This document shows positions 34,460-42,424 of a stretch of 53,615 bases of DNA, piece by piece (position 1 is the first letter of the stretch; each line of letters begins with the position of its first letter). The position numbers and the translations under genes were made by a program. This stretch comes from a virus. The notes below the pieces were generated by a model, which ran no database searches, was not told the DNA's origin, and worked only from the letters and a program-made list of their open reading frames with translations. The stretch spans positions 1 through 53,615 of the IMG/VR virus record IMGVR_UViG_3300045988_126023; one strand, 5' to 3'.

Positions 34460-35281
34460 ATGCTTGAAATAATTTATAGAATATACGAGGTTGCAGACGA
34501 AGAAACAGCCGCAAAAAATTGCGAAAAAGATTTAGATTTTGGGTTGTATTCTTCAACAAGCAAAGCGCAAAATATAGAACTGCTTATGGATTGCTTGATA
34601 TGCGATAGCAGAGAGCAATTCAAAGAGATAATCAAAAGTCAGTACGGAGAAAATATTGCTTTCCGCTACTCAAAAAAACTAAAAGCGGGTGACTTGTACT
34701 GTATTATCATAGGGGAACATTGCTATAATACCGACCGATATTTCAATAAAATCACATTTACTTGCGATTGTTGCGGTTCAACAGTAGAAACATACTACGG
34801 CAAAGCGATATATTTCTCCGACTATGAATTGCGGCGTAAATTTTACGGAATAGAAGAATATGCAGAAAAACGGTTTTGCTGTGGCAAGTGCAAACAAGTA
34901 TACGAGGAACGGGAACGCCGTAAATTAAAGCCCGATGATGAACAAGAATTTTATATACAAAGAGATATGTTCACCGAGGATATAGCGGGATATATATACA
35001 AGATTTCAAAAAAATCAACGGGAGAATTTTATATAGGTCAAACAATGTATGCACCTGTTTTTCGTTGGGGGCAACACTTAAAAACGGCAAGGTTTCCGAT
35101 TAAGGATATAACAGATTATAAGTTTGAGGTTATAGAGATTGTTCCGAAAACTGAAAATATCCTTGAACGAGAAAAATATTACATCCAAAAGTATTACAGA
35201 GAAAACCCCGAAAAATCATTAAATATTGCGTGTACTGCAAATGTAGTAGACACAGAGCAAATGCAATTAACGGAGGTATAA
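34460..35281 (+). CDS. Cys-cluster protein with a C-terminal GIY-YIG nuclease domain
   Basis: GYIYKISKKSTGEFYIGQTMYAPVFRWGQHLK...EREKYYIQKY. Upstream CxxC pairs (CDCCGS, CCGKCK). The ATG at 34460 follows GGGGAG. Confidence 0.55.
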   Translation: MLEIIYRIYEVADEETAAKNCEKDLDFGLYSSTSKAQNIELLMDCLICDSREQFKEIIKSQYGENIAFRYSKKLKAGDLYCIIIGEHCYNTDRYFNKITFTCDCCGSTVETYYGKAIYFSDYELRRKFYGIEEYAEKRFCCGKCKQVYEERERRKLKPDDEQEFYIQRDMFTEDIAGYIYKISKKSTGEFYIGQTMYAPVFRWGQHLKTARFPIKDITDYKFEVIEIVPKTENILEREKYYIQKYYRENPEKSLNIACTANVVDTEQMQLTEV

Positions 35282-35284
35282 GCA

Positions 35285-36043
35285 ATGGCAGAAAAAAGAC
35301 GCTACTATTGGATAAAGCTTAAAGAAAATTTTTTTGACCTTGAAACCATTGATTGGTTAATGTCGCAAAAAAACGGGTGTGAATACATAGTTTTATATCA
35401 AAAGCTTTGTTTGTTGACAGCAAACAAAGGCGGTAAATTGGCAATGCAAATAGGGGAAATGATTATTCCCTATGATGTAAATAAAATCGCAAGGGACACC
35501 AAATTTTCGGTTGATACAGTAATAGTAGCAATGGAACTATTTAAAAAGATAGGACTGATATACGAACAAGAGGACGGAGTGTTAAAAATACCATACGTTG
35601 AGGAAATGGTTGGAAGTGAAACAACATCTGCTCAACGGGTAAGGGAATATAGGCAGAGGAAAGCGTTACAATGTAACAACAATGTAACACAAGAGATAGA
35701 TAACAGAGATAAGAGTATAGATAAAGATTTAGAGTTAGAGAAAGATAAAGATAATACGCCGCAAGCGGCAAAAAAGCCCGTCCGTCATAAATACGGAGAA
35801 TATAAAAATGTACTATTGTCTGATGAAGATATGGAAAAGCTTAAATCCGAGTTTCCAAACGATTATCTGGAGCGTATTGAACGATTAAGCGGATATATAG
35901 CAAGTACGGGCAAAAGCTATAAAAACCACCTTGCAACAATCAGAAATTGGGCGAGAAAAGACAAAGCAGCACAACAAAAGTCAAACAAGAATGACGGCTG
36001 GTGTATTAACAATAACGAGGATAGTCTGGACGACCTTTTCTAA
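35285..36043 (+). CDS. phage replisome organizer (DnaD-like N-terminal region)
   Basis: RRYYWIKLKENFFDLETIDWLMSQKNGCEYIVLYQKLCLLTANKGG is typical of the phage replisome-organizer N-domain. Confidence 0.65.
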   Translation: MAEKRRYYWIKLKENFFDLETIDWLMSQKNGCEYIVLYQKLCLLTANKGGKLAMQIGEMIIPYDVNKIARDTKFSVDTVIVAMELFKKIGLIYEQEDGVLKIPYVEEMVGSETTSAQRVREYRQRKALQCNNNVTQEIDNRDKSIDKDLELEKDKDNTPQAAKKPVRHKYGEYKNVLLSDEDMEKLKSEFPNDYLERIERLSGYIASTGKSYKNHLATIRNWARKDKAAQQKSNKNDGWCINNNEDSLDDLF

Positions 36044-36056
36044 AGGAGTTGATAAC

Positions 36057-36908
36057 ATGGATTTACAAAGCACTATTGACAACATAAATAAAAAATCCGA
36101 TTTGAATAATTCTAAGAGAGACGGCGATTATTACGACGAAAAAGGGCTTTTGATGTGCGGAAAATGTCATACAAGAAAGCAGGTTGAAATAACACTTTTT
36201 GATAAAGTCAGACGGCCATATTGCCTTTGCAAATGTGAAAAGGAAAAGAGAGACGCAGTAGAAGCAGCATTTAAGAGGGCAGAGAAAGAACGAAAAATCG
36301 CTGAAATGAAAATTACCGCCTTTCCTAAAGAAGAACGGGGGAAAATGGAAAAGTACACATTTGCAAACGACGATATGTCAAACGAGCGTATAACTCAGGC
36401 AATGCAGAATTATGTTGATAATTTTGCAGAATTGAAAAAGCAAGGTAAAGGCTTGTTGTTGTATGGCACTTGTGGAACTGGCAAAACATACGCAGCTTGT
36501 GAAATTGCAAACGCCTTAATAGAAAAGGGCTATACGGTCAAAGTAACCAATTTCTCAAGAGTGCTGAACGATTTACAAGGAACTTTTGAAAAACAAGAAT
36601 ACATAGACGGCTTTAGCAGATATAACTTGCTTGTGATTGACGACCTCGGCATAGAGCGCAACACGGAATATGCGAAAGAACAGGTTTATAATATCATAGA
36701 TAGCCGATACAGAGCGGGCTTACCAATGATTATAACTACCAATTTGACGATAGACAAAATCAAAAATCCCGAGGACATGGAGAACATCAGAATTTACGAC
36801 CGAATCCTTGAAAGGTGCTTTCCGATTGAAGTTACAGGAAGCAATAGACGCAGACGGTCAGTGAGAGAAAGCTATACCGATATGAAAGAATTGTTAGGGC
36901 TTGAATAA
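36057..36908 (+). CDS. DnaC/IstB-like helicase-loader ATPase
   Basis: Walker A LLLYGTCGTGKTY, Walker B LLVIDDLGIE. The ATG at 36057 follows AAAGGAG. Confidence 0.75.
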   Translation: MDLQSTIDNINKKSDLNNSKRDGDYYDEKGLLMCGKCHTRKQVEITLFDKVRRPYCLCKCEKEKRDAVEAAFKRAEKERKIAEMKITAFPKEERGKMEKYTFANDDMSNERITQAMQNYVDNFAELKKQGKGLLLYGTCGTGKTYAACEIANALIEKGYTVKVTNFSRVLNDLQGTFEKQEYIDGFSRYNLLVIDDLGIERNTEYAKEQVYNIIDSRYRAGLPMIITTNLTIDKIKNPEDMENIRIYDRILERCFPIEVTGSNRRRRSVRESYTDMKELLGLE

Positions 36909-37105
36909 TGGATATTAAAGAAGTAAAGAAAAACCTCAATAAAATGGTAGTTTACAAAGACATCTCGAATATTTATAAACTTACAGCCTGCATTTTGAGA
37001 AAAGGAAAACAGGGAATTTTCTATGAGGCCGAAATATTAGATACCAAACACGGAAATTCAATAATCATTTGCAAGCTGGACGACATAACGGAGAGTGAAC
37101 AATGA
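36908..37105 (+). CDS. hypothetical protein
   Basis: 65 aa, with a TAATG start/stop overlap. Confidence 0.5.
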   Translation: MDIKEVKKNLNKMVVYKDISNIYKLTACILRKGKQGIFYEAEILDTKHGNSIIICKLDDITESEQ

Positions 37106-37473
37106 ATACGTTGACAATCAATGCAGAACTTCCCTCGCTGAATGATTACATAAATGTGTGCAGACGAAACAAATATCAAGCGGCACAATTCAAGCGGGAT
37201 ATTGACGAACTTATAGGCTGGGCAATTAAACAGGCAATAATAAGCGGAACGCTTCACCCGATAGAAAGCCCCTGCTGTTTAGAAATAGACTGGTGGGAAA
37301 GTAGCAAGCGCCGTGATGTGGATAATGTGCATAGTAGCGTGAAATATATTCTTGATTCGCTCGTAAAAAATCAAGTATTAAAAAACGACAGCCCGAGATA
37401 TGTTAAGCAGATATATCACAAGGTCTATTATGGCGAAAAAAATAAAGTGATAGTTAGATTGATAGATTGCTAA
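37102..37473 (+). CDS. rusA: RusA-like Holliday junction resolvase
   Basis: LPSLNDYINVCRRNKY...RRDVDNVHSSVKYILDSLVKNQVLKNDSPRYV fits the RusA D-x-D-N...D motifs. Confidence 0.6.
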   Translation: MNTLTINAELPSLNDYINVCRRNKYQAAQFKRDIDELIGWAIKQAIISGTLHPIESPCCLEIDWWESSKRRDVDNVHSSVKYILDSLVKNQVLKNDSPRYVKQIYHKVYYGEKNKVIVRLIDC

Positions 37474-37546
37474 TTGTGCAATATATATAAATACAAAACT
37501 AATATTTGTGCAAAACAGAGAATAACCTAAAAATTCAAAAAAAGTA

Positions 37547-37575
37547 TTGAAATTATAACATTATTGTGATATAAT
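37547..37575 (+). promoter_or_regulatory. class-Q promoter
   Basis: aaaaagtaTTGAAA-17-(tga)TATAAT, upstream of the small ORF at 37608. Confidence 0.6.
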
Positions 37576-37607
37576 AAACATACCAAATGAAGAAAGAAGT
37601 GGTAAAA

Positions 37608-37739
37608 ATGACTGACAAACAAATCAAAGAACTCTTAGAGAGCCTTGCAAAAGCTTTTGAATCGCTCAACAAGGCAACCAAAGAGATTGAAGAAATTAAG
37701 CAAAAGCTTATTTCAATCGGTCACGAAATGACGAAGTAA
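37608..37739 (+). CDS. small coiled-coil protein (43 aa), below the ORF-track cut-off
   Basis: MTDKQIKELLESLAKAFESLNKATKEIEEIKQKLISIGHEMTK. Followed by IE-c. Confidence 0.45.
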   Translation: MTDKQIKELLESLAKAFESLNKATKEIEEIKQKLISIGHEMTK

Positions 37740-37753
37740 ACCCAAAAGCATAG

Positions 37754-37792
37754 GGGGCGATATTCGCCCCTTATGCGCCAAAATGAAACATT
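37754..37792 (+). repeat. conserved intergenic element IE-c
   Basis: ggggcga-tat-tcgcccc, tgcgcc at 37774, gaaacatt at 37785, the GAAAGGTG SD, and the ATG at 37812. Confidence 0.7.
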
Positions 37793-37811
37793 GTAAAGAA
37801 AGGTGTAAAAA

Positions 37812-37874
37812 ATGATAGGTGTTTTAGCTTTGTACATAATGATTATGATGTGGCTGTGGGAGGGCAAAAAATGA
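37812..37874 (+). CDS. 20-aa hydrophobic peptide
   Basis: MIGVLALYIMIMMWLWEGKK. Sits at the conserved IE distance from the SD. ATGA overlap with the next ORF. Confidence 0.35.
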   Translation: MIGVLALYIMIMMWLWEGKK

Positions 37875-38035
37875 CAACGAGCGATATAACCCGTATGTTG
37901 CGTGAAATGTCAAAGAAGGGTCATTTATCCCTTTATGAGCGCTTGGTTTGCAAAGAAGCGGCGGCAAAAATCAAGATACTTGAAAAAATGCTGAACGAAA
38001 AGGGGGTGAACCTTTGTGAAAACATAAAGGAGTAG
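37871..38035 (+). CDS. hypothetical protein
   Basis: 54 aa from the ATG after GGGAGGG. Confidence 0.5.
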   Translation: MTTSDITRMLREMSKKGHLSLYERLVCKEAAAKIKILEKMLNEKGVNLCENIKE

Positions 38036-38076
38036 GTTTAGAGCAGTGTTAAATTAGTAGAAAAGGAGTTTTTATT

Positions 38077-39000
38077 ATGGCAGTAAACAATTTCTCTCTT
38101 GCAAAAGAGGGCAACAACAAATTGACAGAGCACTTTCAGGTAAAGGAATTTGCTTGTCACGACGGCAGCGACTACATACCTATCGACATTGACCTTGCTT
38201 TTAAGCTTGAGGATATTCGCCAGCACTTTGGCAAGCCTATCACAATAACAAGCGGGTTCAGAACTGAAAGCTACAACAGAAAAATCGGCGGTACTTCCTC
38301 GTCATACCATGTTAAGGGCAGGGCTTTTGATATTGTTGTTAAAGGTGTTTCGCCCTATGATGTAGCCCATTATGCACAAGGTCTGTGGATAAACGGTATC
38401 GGTTGTTATTATGACAGCGGTTTTGTTCATATAGACAGCAGAAAGCAGCCGTTTTACTGGAAAAATCAGTCGGTAACTAAAGTATCTACCTTTGACAATA
38501 TGCCGTCTTGTGAGTGCAATGTGTGGAATGTACGCCTTACCCACATGACTGACGGCTGGAGCTTTCCACAGCATGGGCTGACTTGGAACGGTGACGACGA
38601 GGAATTTAGAAACGTGCTCAAAAATTCCGTTGTAAAACCCTCCAAAGAGTATTCTAATGTTGCTAAAATCGTTCAACATACGGTAGGTGCTTCGGTCGAC
38701 GGATATTTTGGTAACGGTACAACTCAGAAAGTCAAAGAGTGGCAGAAAAACCACGGTCTGACCGTTGACGGCGTTTGGGGTGAACAGTGCTGGCTTGAAG
38801 CACTTGGAATGAGAAAAAAGGAACAGCCCGCTCCCGTCGAGGTTAAATATTCTACAGCCGACGCTCTTTTAGCCTTGCAGGCAGCGGTTGACATAGCCAA
38901 ACTGACCGACGAGCAGAAGAAAAAGCTTGATGTGGACGGAGACGGCAAAGTTACTGTAAATGACGCACTTAAAATCCTACAGAAAGCTGTAGGCAAATAA
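38077..39000 (+). CDS. peptidase M15 (zinc D-Ala-D-Ala / L-Ala-D-Glu peptidase-like) with a PG-binding domain and a dockerin-like C-terminus
   Basis: TSGFRTESYN..SSYHVKGRAFDI...GFVHIDSR (M15 H-x-x-x-x-x-x-D...H). VDGYFGNGTTQKVKEWQKNHGLTVDGVWG (PG_binding_1). DVDGDGKVTVNDALKILQKAVGK (dockerin/EF-hand-like). Confidence 0.7.
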   Translation: MAVNNFSLAKEGNNKLTEHFQVKEFACHDGSDYIPIDIDLAFKLEDIRQHFGKPITITSGFRTESYNRKIGGTSSSYHVKGRAFDIVVKGVSPYDVAHYAQGLWINGIGCYYDSGFVHIDSRKQPFYWKNQSVTKVSTFDNMPSCECNVWNVRLTHMTDGWSFPQHGLTWNGDDEEFRNVLKNSVVKPSKEYSNVAKIVQHTVGASVDGYFGNGTTQKVKEWQKNHGLTVDGVWGEQCWLEALGMRKKEQPAPVEVKYSTADALLALQAAVDIAKLTDEQKKKLDVDGDGKVTVNDALKILQKAVGK

Positions 39001-39032
39001 AAAACAAAAATCTGTTTGTGGAGGTGAAATGA

Positions 39033-39131
39033 ATGTACATAAATCCTTTTGTGGCTGGTGTTCTCTCAGCAGTGTCAATAGGAATGGCAATATTCCTTAT
39101 TACAATCATTATTGTCGGGACAAAAAAATAA
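39033..39131 (+). CDS. 32-aa single-pass membrane peptide
   Basis: MYINPFVAGVLSAVSIGMAIFLITIIIVGTKK, starting 8 nt after GGAGGTGA. Confidence 0.45.
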   Translation: MYINPFVAGVLSAVSIGMAIFLITIIIVGTKK

Positions 39132-39144
39132 ATGAGGTGGCAAT

Positions 39145-39579
39145 GTGCGGGAATTAGATGAATGTTTAAGACTATCACGACAAATCAAGGAAAAAGAAGA
39201 ACAAATAATCGAATTAAGGTCACGCATAATGTCGCCAAAAAATCAAACAATATCCGATATGCCCAAAGGCGGCGGAGGCTATAACGAAATAGAGAGCTTT
39301 ATAATTAAGCTTGAACTATTAGAAAACAATGCCGAATATTTAAAGGTGCAACGGGCGTTACTGTGGAATAATATCAGGCTAATATTACATATTCGGCACA
39401 TTAAAAGCGATATAGAAAGGCTCTTGTATTTGAGATTTTACAATGGAAACTCATGGAACAAATGTGTTGAAACAATGAGCAAGGAATATCCAAATTGTAA
39501 GTGGAACGCCAACAAGTGTTTTAGGGCTTATCGTTATGTTGTCAAAGAAAACTCTGAAAAAAGCGAAAAAGTTTGTTAA
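39145..39579 (+). CDS. ArpU/RinA-like late transcription activator (sigma region-4-like)
   Basis: IMSPKNQTISDMPKGGGGYNEIE...ERLLYLRFYNGNSWNKC resembles the ArpU-family SP...MP.G motif. Lies immediately upstream of the late operon. Confidence 0.45.
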   Translation: MRELDECLRLSRQIKEKEEQIIELRSRIMSPKNQTISDMPKGGGGYNEIESFIIKLELLENNAEYLKVQRALLWNNIRLILHIRHIKSDIERLLYLRFYNGNSWNKCVETMSKEYPNCKWNANKCFRAYRYVVKENSEKSEKVC

Positions 39580-39590
39580 AAGTGACAATA

Positions 39591-39617
39591 GTAAAAAAAG
39601 TATTATTGTGATATAAT
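39591..39617 (+). promoter_or_regulatory. class-Q-derived late promoter lacking a -35 element
   Basis: aaaaaaagtatt|attgtgaTATAAT equals the 37541-37575 promoter minus the 14-nt gaaattataacatt segment, giving an extended -10 only. Confidence 0.45.
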
Positions 39618-39674
39618 TGTTACTGTGAAAAAGTGCATATCACAAGTCATTTTTCCACTATCTTTCTTTACAGG

Positions 39675-39716
39675 GAAAACCCGTTTTGCTTAATTGCAAG
39701 GCGGGTTTTTCTGTTT
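39675..39716 (+). terminator. intrinsic-terminator-like hairpin in the leader of the late operon
   Basis: gaaaacccg..ttgc-ttaatt-gcaa..cgggttttt ctgtttt. Lies 60 nt after the -10 and 30 nt before the next SD. Confidence 0.55.
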
Positions 39717-39748
39717 TAAGCATTACAAAGAAAAGGGGGTGAGGAATA

Positions 39749-39901
39749 ATGGCAACAACAGCAATGCAGGCGAGGGTAGAAAGAATGTCGGGAGTGTCGA
39801 GGTCTAAAGGAAACCGAGGATTTAGACGGTCGAGAAGCGCCACTAAGAAAGACGCTTTCAATTTCTATCGTAGAAAGTCGTCTGGTGGTTCGGGGGGTTA
39901 A
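39749..39901 (+). CDS. 50-aa Arg/Ser/Lys-rich basic protein, below the ORF-track cut-off
   Basis: MATTAMQARVERMSGVSRSKGNRGFRRSRSATKKDAFNFYRRKSSGGSGG. Strong SD AAAGGGGGTGAGG. The stop is 2 nt before the next ATG. Confidence 0.55.
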   Translation: MATTAMQARVERMSGVSRSKGNRGFRRSRSATKKDAFNFYRRKSSGGSGG

Positions 39902-39903
39902 TA

Positions 39904-40566
39904 ATGAGCAATCTATTGTTTGACCCTATCAAAACACAGTCAAGGGTTACTGATAGTGTCATTGTCGGATTTAGTGGCGGAAAAGACAGTATAGTAACCC
40001 TTGATTTATGTGTTAAGTATTTCAAAAGGGTCGTTCCGTTCTTTATGTATCTTGTGCCAGAACTGGAATTTCAGGAAAGAACGCTGAAATGGTATGAAAA
40101 CAAATACAACATTGAAATAATTCGTATTCCTCATTTCGAGTGCTCAAATTTTCTCAAATATGGCAGCTTCACAATGGCAGACTGGAATGTTGATATTGTC
40201 GGTATAAATGACACATACGAGTATTTAAGGCAGCAGACGGGCATTGAATGGATAGCCGCAGGGGAGCGGTGTGCCGATAGTATAGTCAGAAACGCAATGA
40301 TTAAGAAAAGCGGCAGTATTGATTATAAAAGGGGTAGATTTTACCCCCTTGCATATTGGAAGAAAAACGAGATATTACAATACATAAAACAGAAAAAACT
40401 GTATTTAAGCCCCGAACAACGCAAAATCGGGTTTTCTTTTCGCAGTTTAGCGGGTAGCGAACTGTCGGTAATAAAATCGCTTTATCCTGACGATTATAAA
40501 AAAATCTTAAAGGTATATCCATTCTGTGAAGCGGGTGTTAAACGCTTTGAGGAATACGGTAAATAA
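39904..40566 (+). CDS. PAPS-reductase-family (PP-loop) protein, IbrA/DndC-like
   Basis: PP-loop VIVGFSGGKDSIVTLDL. 220 aa. Confidence 0.65.
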   Translation: MSNLLFDPIKTQSRVTDSVIVGFSGGKDSIVTLDLCVKYFKRVVPFFMYLVPELEFQERTLKWYENKYNIEIIRIPHFECSNFLKYGSFTMADWNVDIVGINDTYEYLRQQTGIEWIAAGERCADSIVRNAMIKKSGSIDYKRGRFYPLAYWKKNEILQYIKQKKLYLSPEQRKIGFSFRSLAGSELSVIKSLYPDDYKKILKVYPFCEAGVKRFEEYGK

Positions 40567-40700
40567 AGTGAATGTTAATATTGAGTTCACATTTAGTTGT
40601 TAAAATATAATTAGCGGATAGCCTGACGGGGCGAAAAGGAAAAGCCTTATTCCCTGCCGCTAATTTTATTTATAAGGCGAATTACAGAAAGGCAGTAATT

Positions 40701-41168
40701 ATGAGTAATGAAATGACTTGCAGTAGGTGTGGGTTTGTAGGCACGGAGGAACATTTTTCAAAAAGCAACCGTACAAAAGACGGTAAAAGGGCATTATGTA
40801 AGAAGTGTAAAAGCGAAGCCGATAAGCGATACAGAGAAACGCATAAGGAACAATTGGCGGCTTATTTTCACAATGCTTGGATAAATAATGTTGGCGGTAG
40901 AAAAGAAAAAAACAGAGCAATTATTGACCGTAGGCGTGTGGGAATGACGGCGAAAGACCTTGAAAATGCAGTGTGCGAATGTTGCGGAATGACAAACGCT
41001 GAACACATAGCAAAATACGGCTGTCGTCTTGAAGTTCATCACGGGCAAAACACAGGGCGGCATAATTTGAACAAAGGGAAAAAGGCAATACATACTGATT
41101 TACACATATTATGCAAACCGTGTCACGCAAGAATAGGAAATTCAATGCGTAAGAAAGGGGCGGTATAA
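40701..41168 (+). CDS. HNH endonuclease with an N-terminal zinc ribbon
   Basis: CSRCGF...CKKCK and LEVHHGQN...LHILCKPCHARI. Confidence 0.6.
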   Translation: MSNEMTCSRCGFVGTEEHFSKSNRTKDGKRALCKKCKSEADKRYRETHKEQLAAYFHNAWINNVGGRKEKNRAIIDRRRVGMTAKDLENAVCECCGMTNAEHIAKYGCRLEVHHGQNTGRHNLNKGKKAIHTDLHILCKPCHARIGNSMRKKGAV

Positions 41169-41833
41169 TGTCAGAAAAAAGCAGATTTCAAAAAGGGGAA
41201 ATACAAACCCTTAAACGCTCACAACTTAAAGGTGCAGAATATAACCCCCGAATAATTGACGAAGAATCAAAAAAACGGCTCAAAAAAGGCTTACAACAAC
41301 ACGGTTTGGTATCGCCTATCACTTGGAATAAGCGAACAGGAAACATTGTGTCGGGTCACCAAAGAATTTCGCAACTTGACGCTTTAGAAAAGAATAAGGA
41401 CTATGAGCTTGATGTATGGGTGATTGATGTTGACGAAGCAGAAGAAGCTGTTTTAAATGTTCAGCTCAACAACCCGTCAATGCAGGGCGATTGGGATTTA
41501 GACAAGCTGGCCGAAATGACAGAGCAATTTGATGTAAGCTTTGACGATATGGGCTTTTCTAAACTTGATGTGGATTTTATGTATGACGGTGACGAACGAT
41601 TTACCGAAATGTTTGAAACGCCCGAAGCACAAGAGGTCAAGCAAGGTCTTGAAGCGGTCAAAGAAGCACGGCAGGCAGGCAATGAGCGTATGCAGGAAAA
41701 AAACAATATCAATTTTTATTCTGTTATAGTTTTTGAAGATGAAAAAGCAAAAGCCGAATTTTACCGTAAAATCAGCGTACCACTTTCAGAGGAATATATA
41801 ACCGCTGATAAGGTATTGAGGCTTGAGAAGTAA
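41168..41833 (+). CDS. ParB-like nuclease domain protein (IbrB-like)
   Basis: LKGAEYNPRIIDEESKKRLKKGLQQHGLVSPITWNKRTGNIVSGHQRISQL is a ParB N-terminal-domain GxxR-type motif. Confidence 0.6.
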   Translation: MSEKSRFQKGEIQTLKRSQLKGAEYNPRIIDEESKKRLKKGLQQHGLVSPITWNKRTGNIVSGHQRISQLDALEKNKDYELDVWVIDVDEAEEAVLNVQLNNPSMQGDWDLDKLAEMTEQFDVSFDDMGFSKLDVDFMYDGDERFTEMFETPEAQEVKQGLEAVKEARQAGNERMQEKNNINFYSVIVFEDEKAKAEFYRKISVPLSEEYITADKVLRLEK

Positions 41834-41845
41834 AGGAGTGTTACA

Positions 41846-42157
41846 ATGAGTAACGCAATAACAAGAGAAAAGGCAATCGAGACACTTTACAGCCTGATAA
41901 ACAGCGGTATTCTGTCGGTAGACGTTGAGGACGATTTGCAGGAAATAGCAAATGCAATCAACAACGAAAGATACGGGCTGCATATGTGGGGCGCTGATGA
42001 TAAGGAATACGATTTTCTGGCTACCTCTGTACGGGCTGATTTGGTAACAGATGAATACAAGGCAGAGGGTGAAAGAATCTGGAACAAGTATTCATTTAAG
42101 CCGTCGCCTTATGAAGAAAAAGAAATAAGCGACAACATAAAAGAAGCAGCAGAATAA
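41846..42157 (+). CDS. hypothetical acidic protein
   Basis: 103 aa with an AAGGAG SD. Confidence 0.55.
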   Translation: MSNAITREKAIETLYSLINSGILSVDVEDDLQEIANAINNERYGLHMWGADDKEYDFLATSVRADLVTDEYKAEGERIWNKYSFKPSPYEEKEISDNIKEAAE

Positions 42158-42186
42158 AAAAAGGCGGCCTACTCAGCCGCCTTTGC
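42156..42186. terminator. terminator between convergent genes
   Basis: aaggcggc-ctactca-gccgcctt is an 8-bp GC-rich stem flanked by an A-run and ttgc. Confidence 0.7.
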
Positions 42187-42190
42187 TTAT

Positions 42191-42391
42191 TTACTCTGAA
42201 AAAACCGCCGCCAGTATTTCATCTTGTTCGATGTAAGTCAATTCAAAATCAGCGTCAAAAGCTATCTTGCCGATACGGTTCATAATGTGCTGCACATAAT
42301 ACGGCGAATGGCTTAACTCATCAAGAGAATTGTATTTAAGCTGTTCGGCCATTTCAGTTTTTATAGTGTCAATAATTGTTTGCTTAGTCAT
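42191..42391 (-). CDS. hypothetical protein (minus-strand moron)
   Basis: 66 aa from the ATG after AAGAAAGAGGG. Driven by Pe5. Confidence 0.55.
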   Translation of the reverse strand: MTKQTIIDTIKTEMAEQLKYNSLDELSHSPYYVQHIMNRIGKIAFDADFELTYIEQDEILAAVFSE

Positions 42392-42424
42392 TTTTGAAGC
42401 CCTCTTTCTTTTGATTACATTCGT

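Noticed and set aside
39029-39157. An alternative 42-aa ORF (MNVHKSFCGWC...) starting at ATG 39029.
   Set aside because: That ATG is only 4 nt from the GGAGG core. The ATG at 39033 has optimal spacing and yields a clean single-pass membrane peptide.
40609-40665. The 9-bp stem with a 39-nt loop upstream of the HNH gene as a second intron or ncRNA.
   Set aside because: There are no group I core motifs, no interrupted flanking ORF and no internal structure in the loop. It is noted only as context for the HNH insertion.
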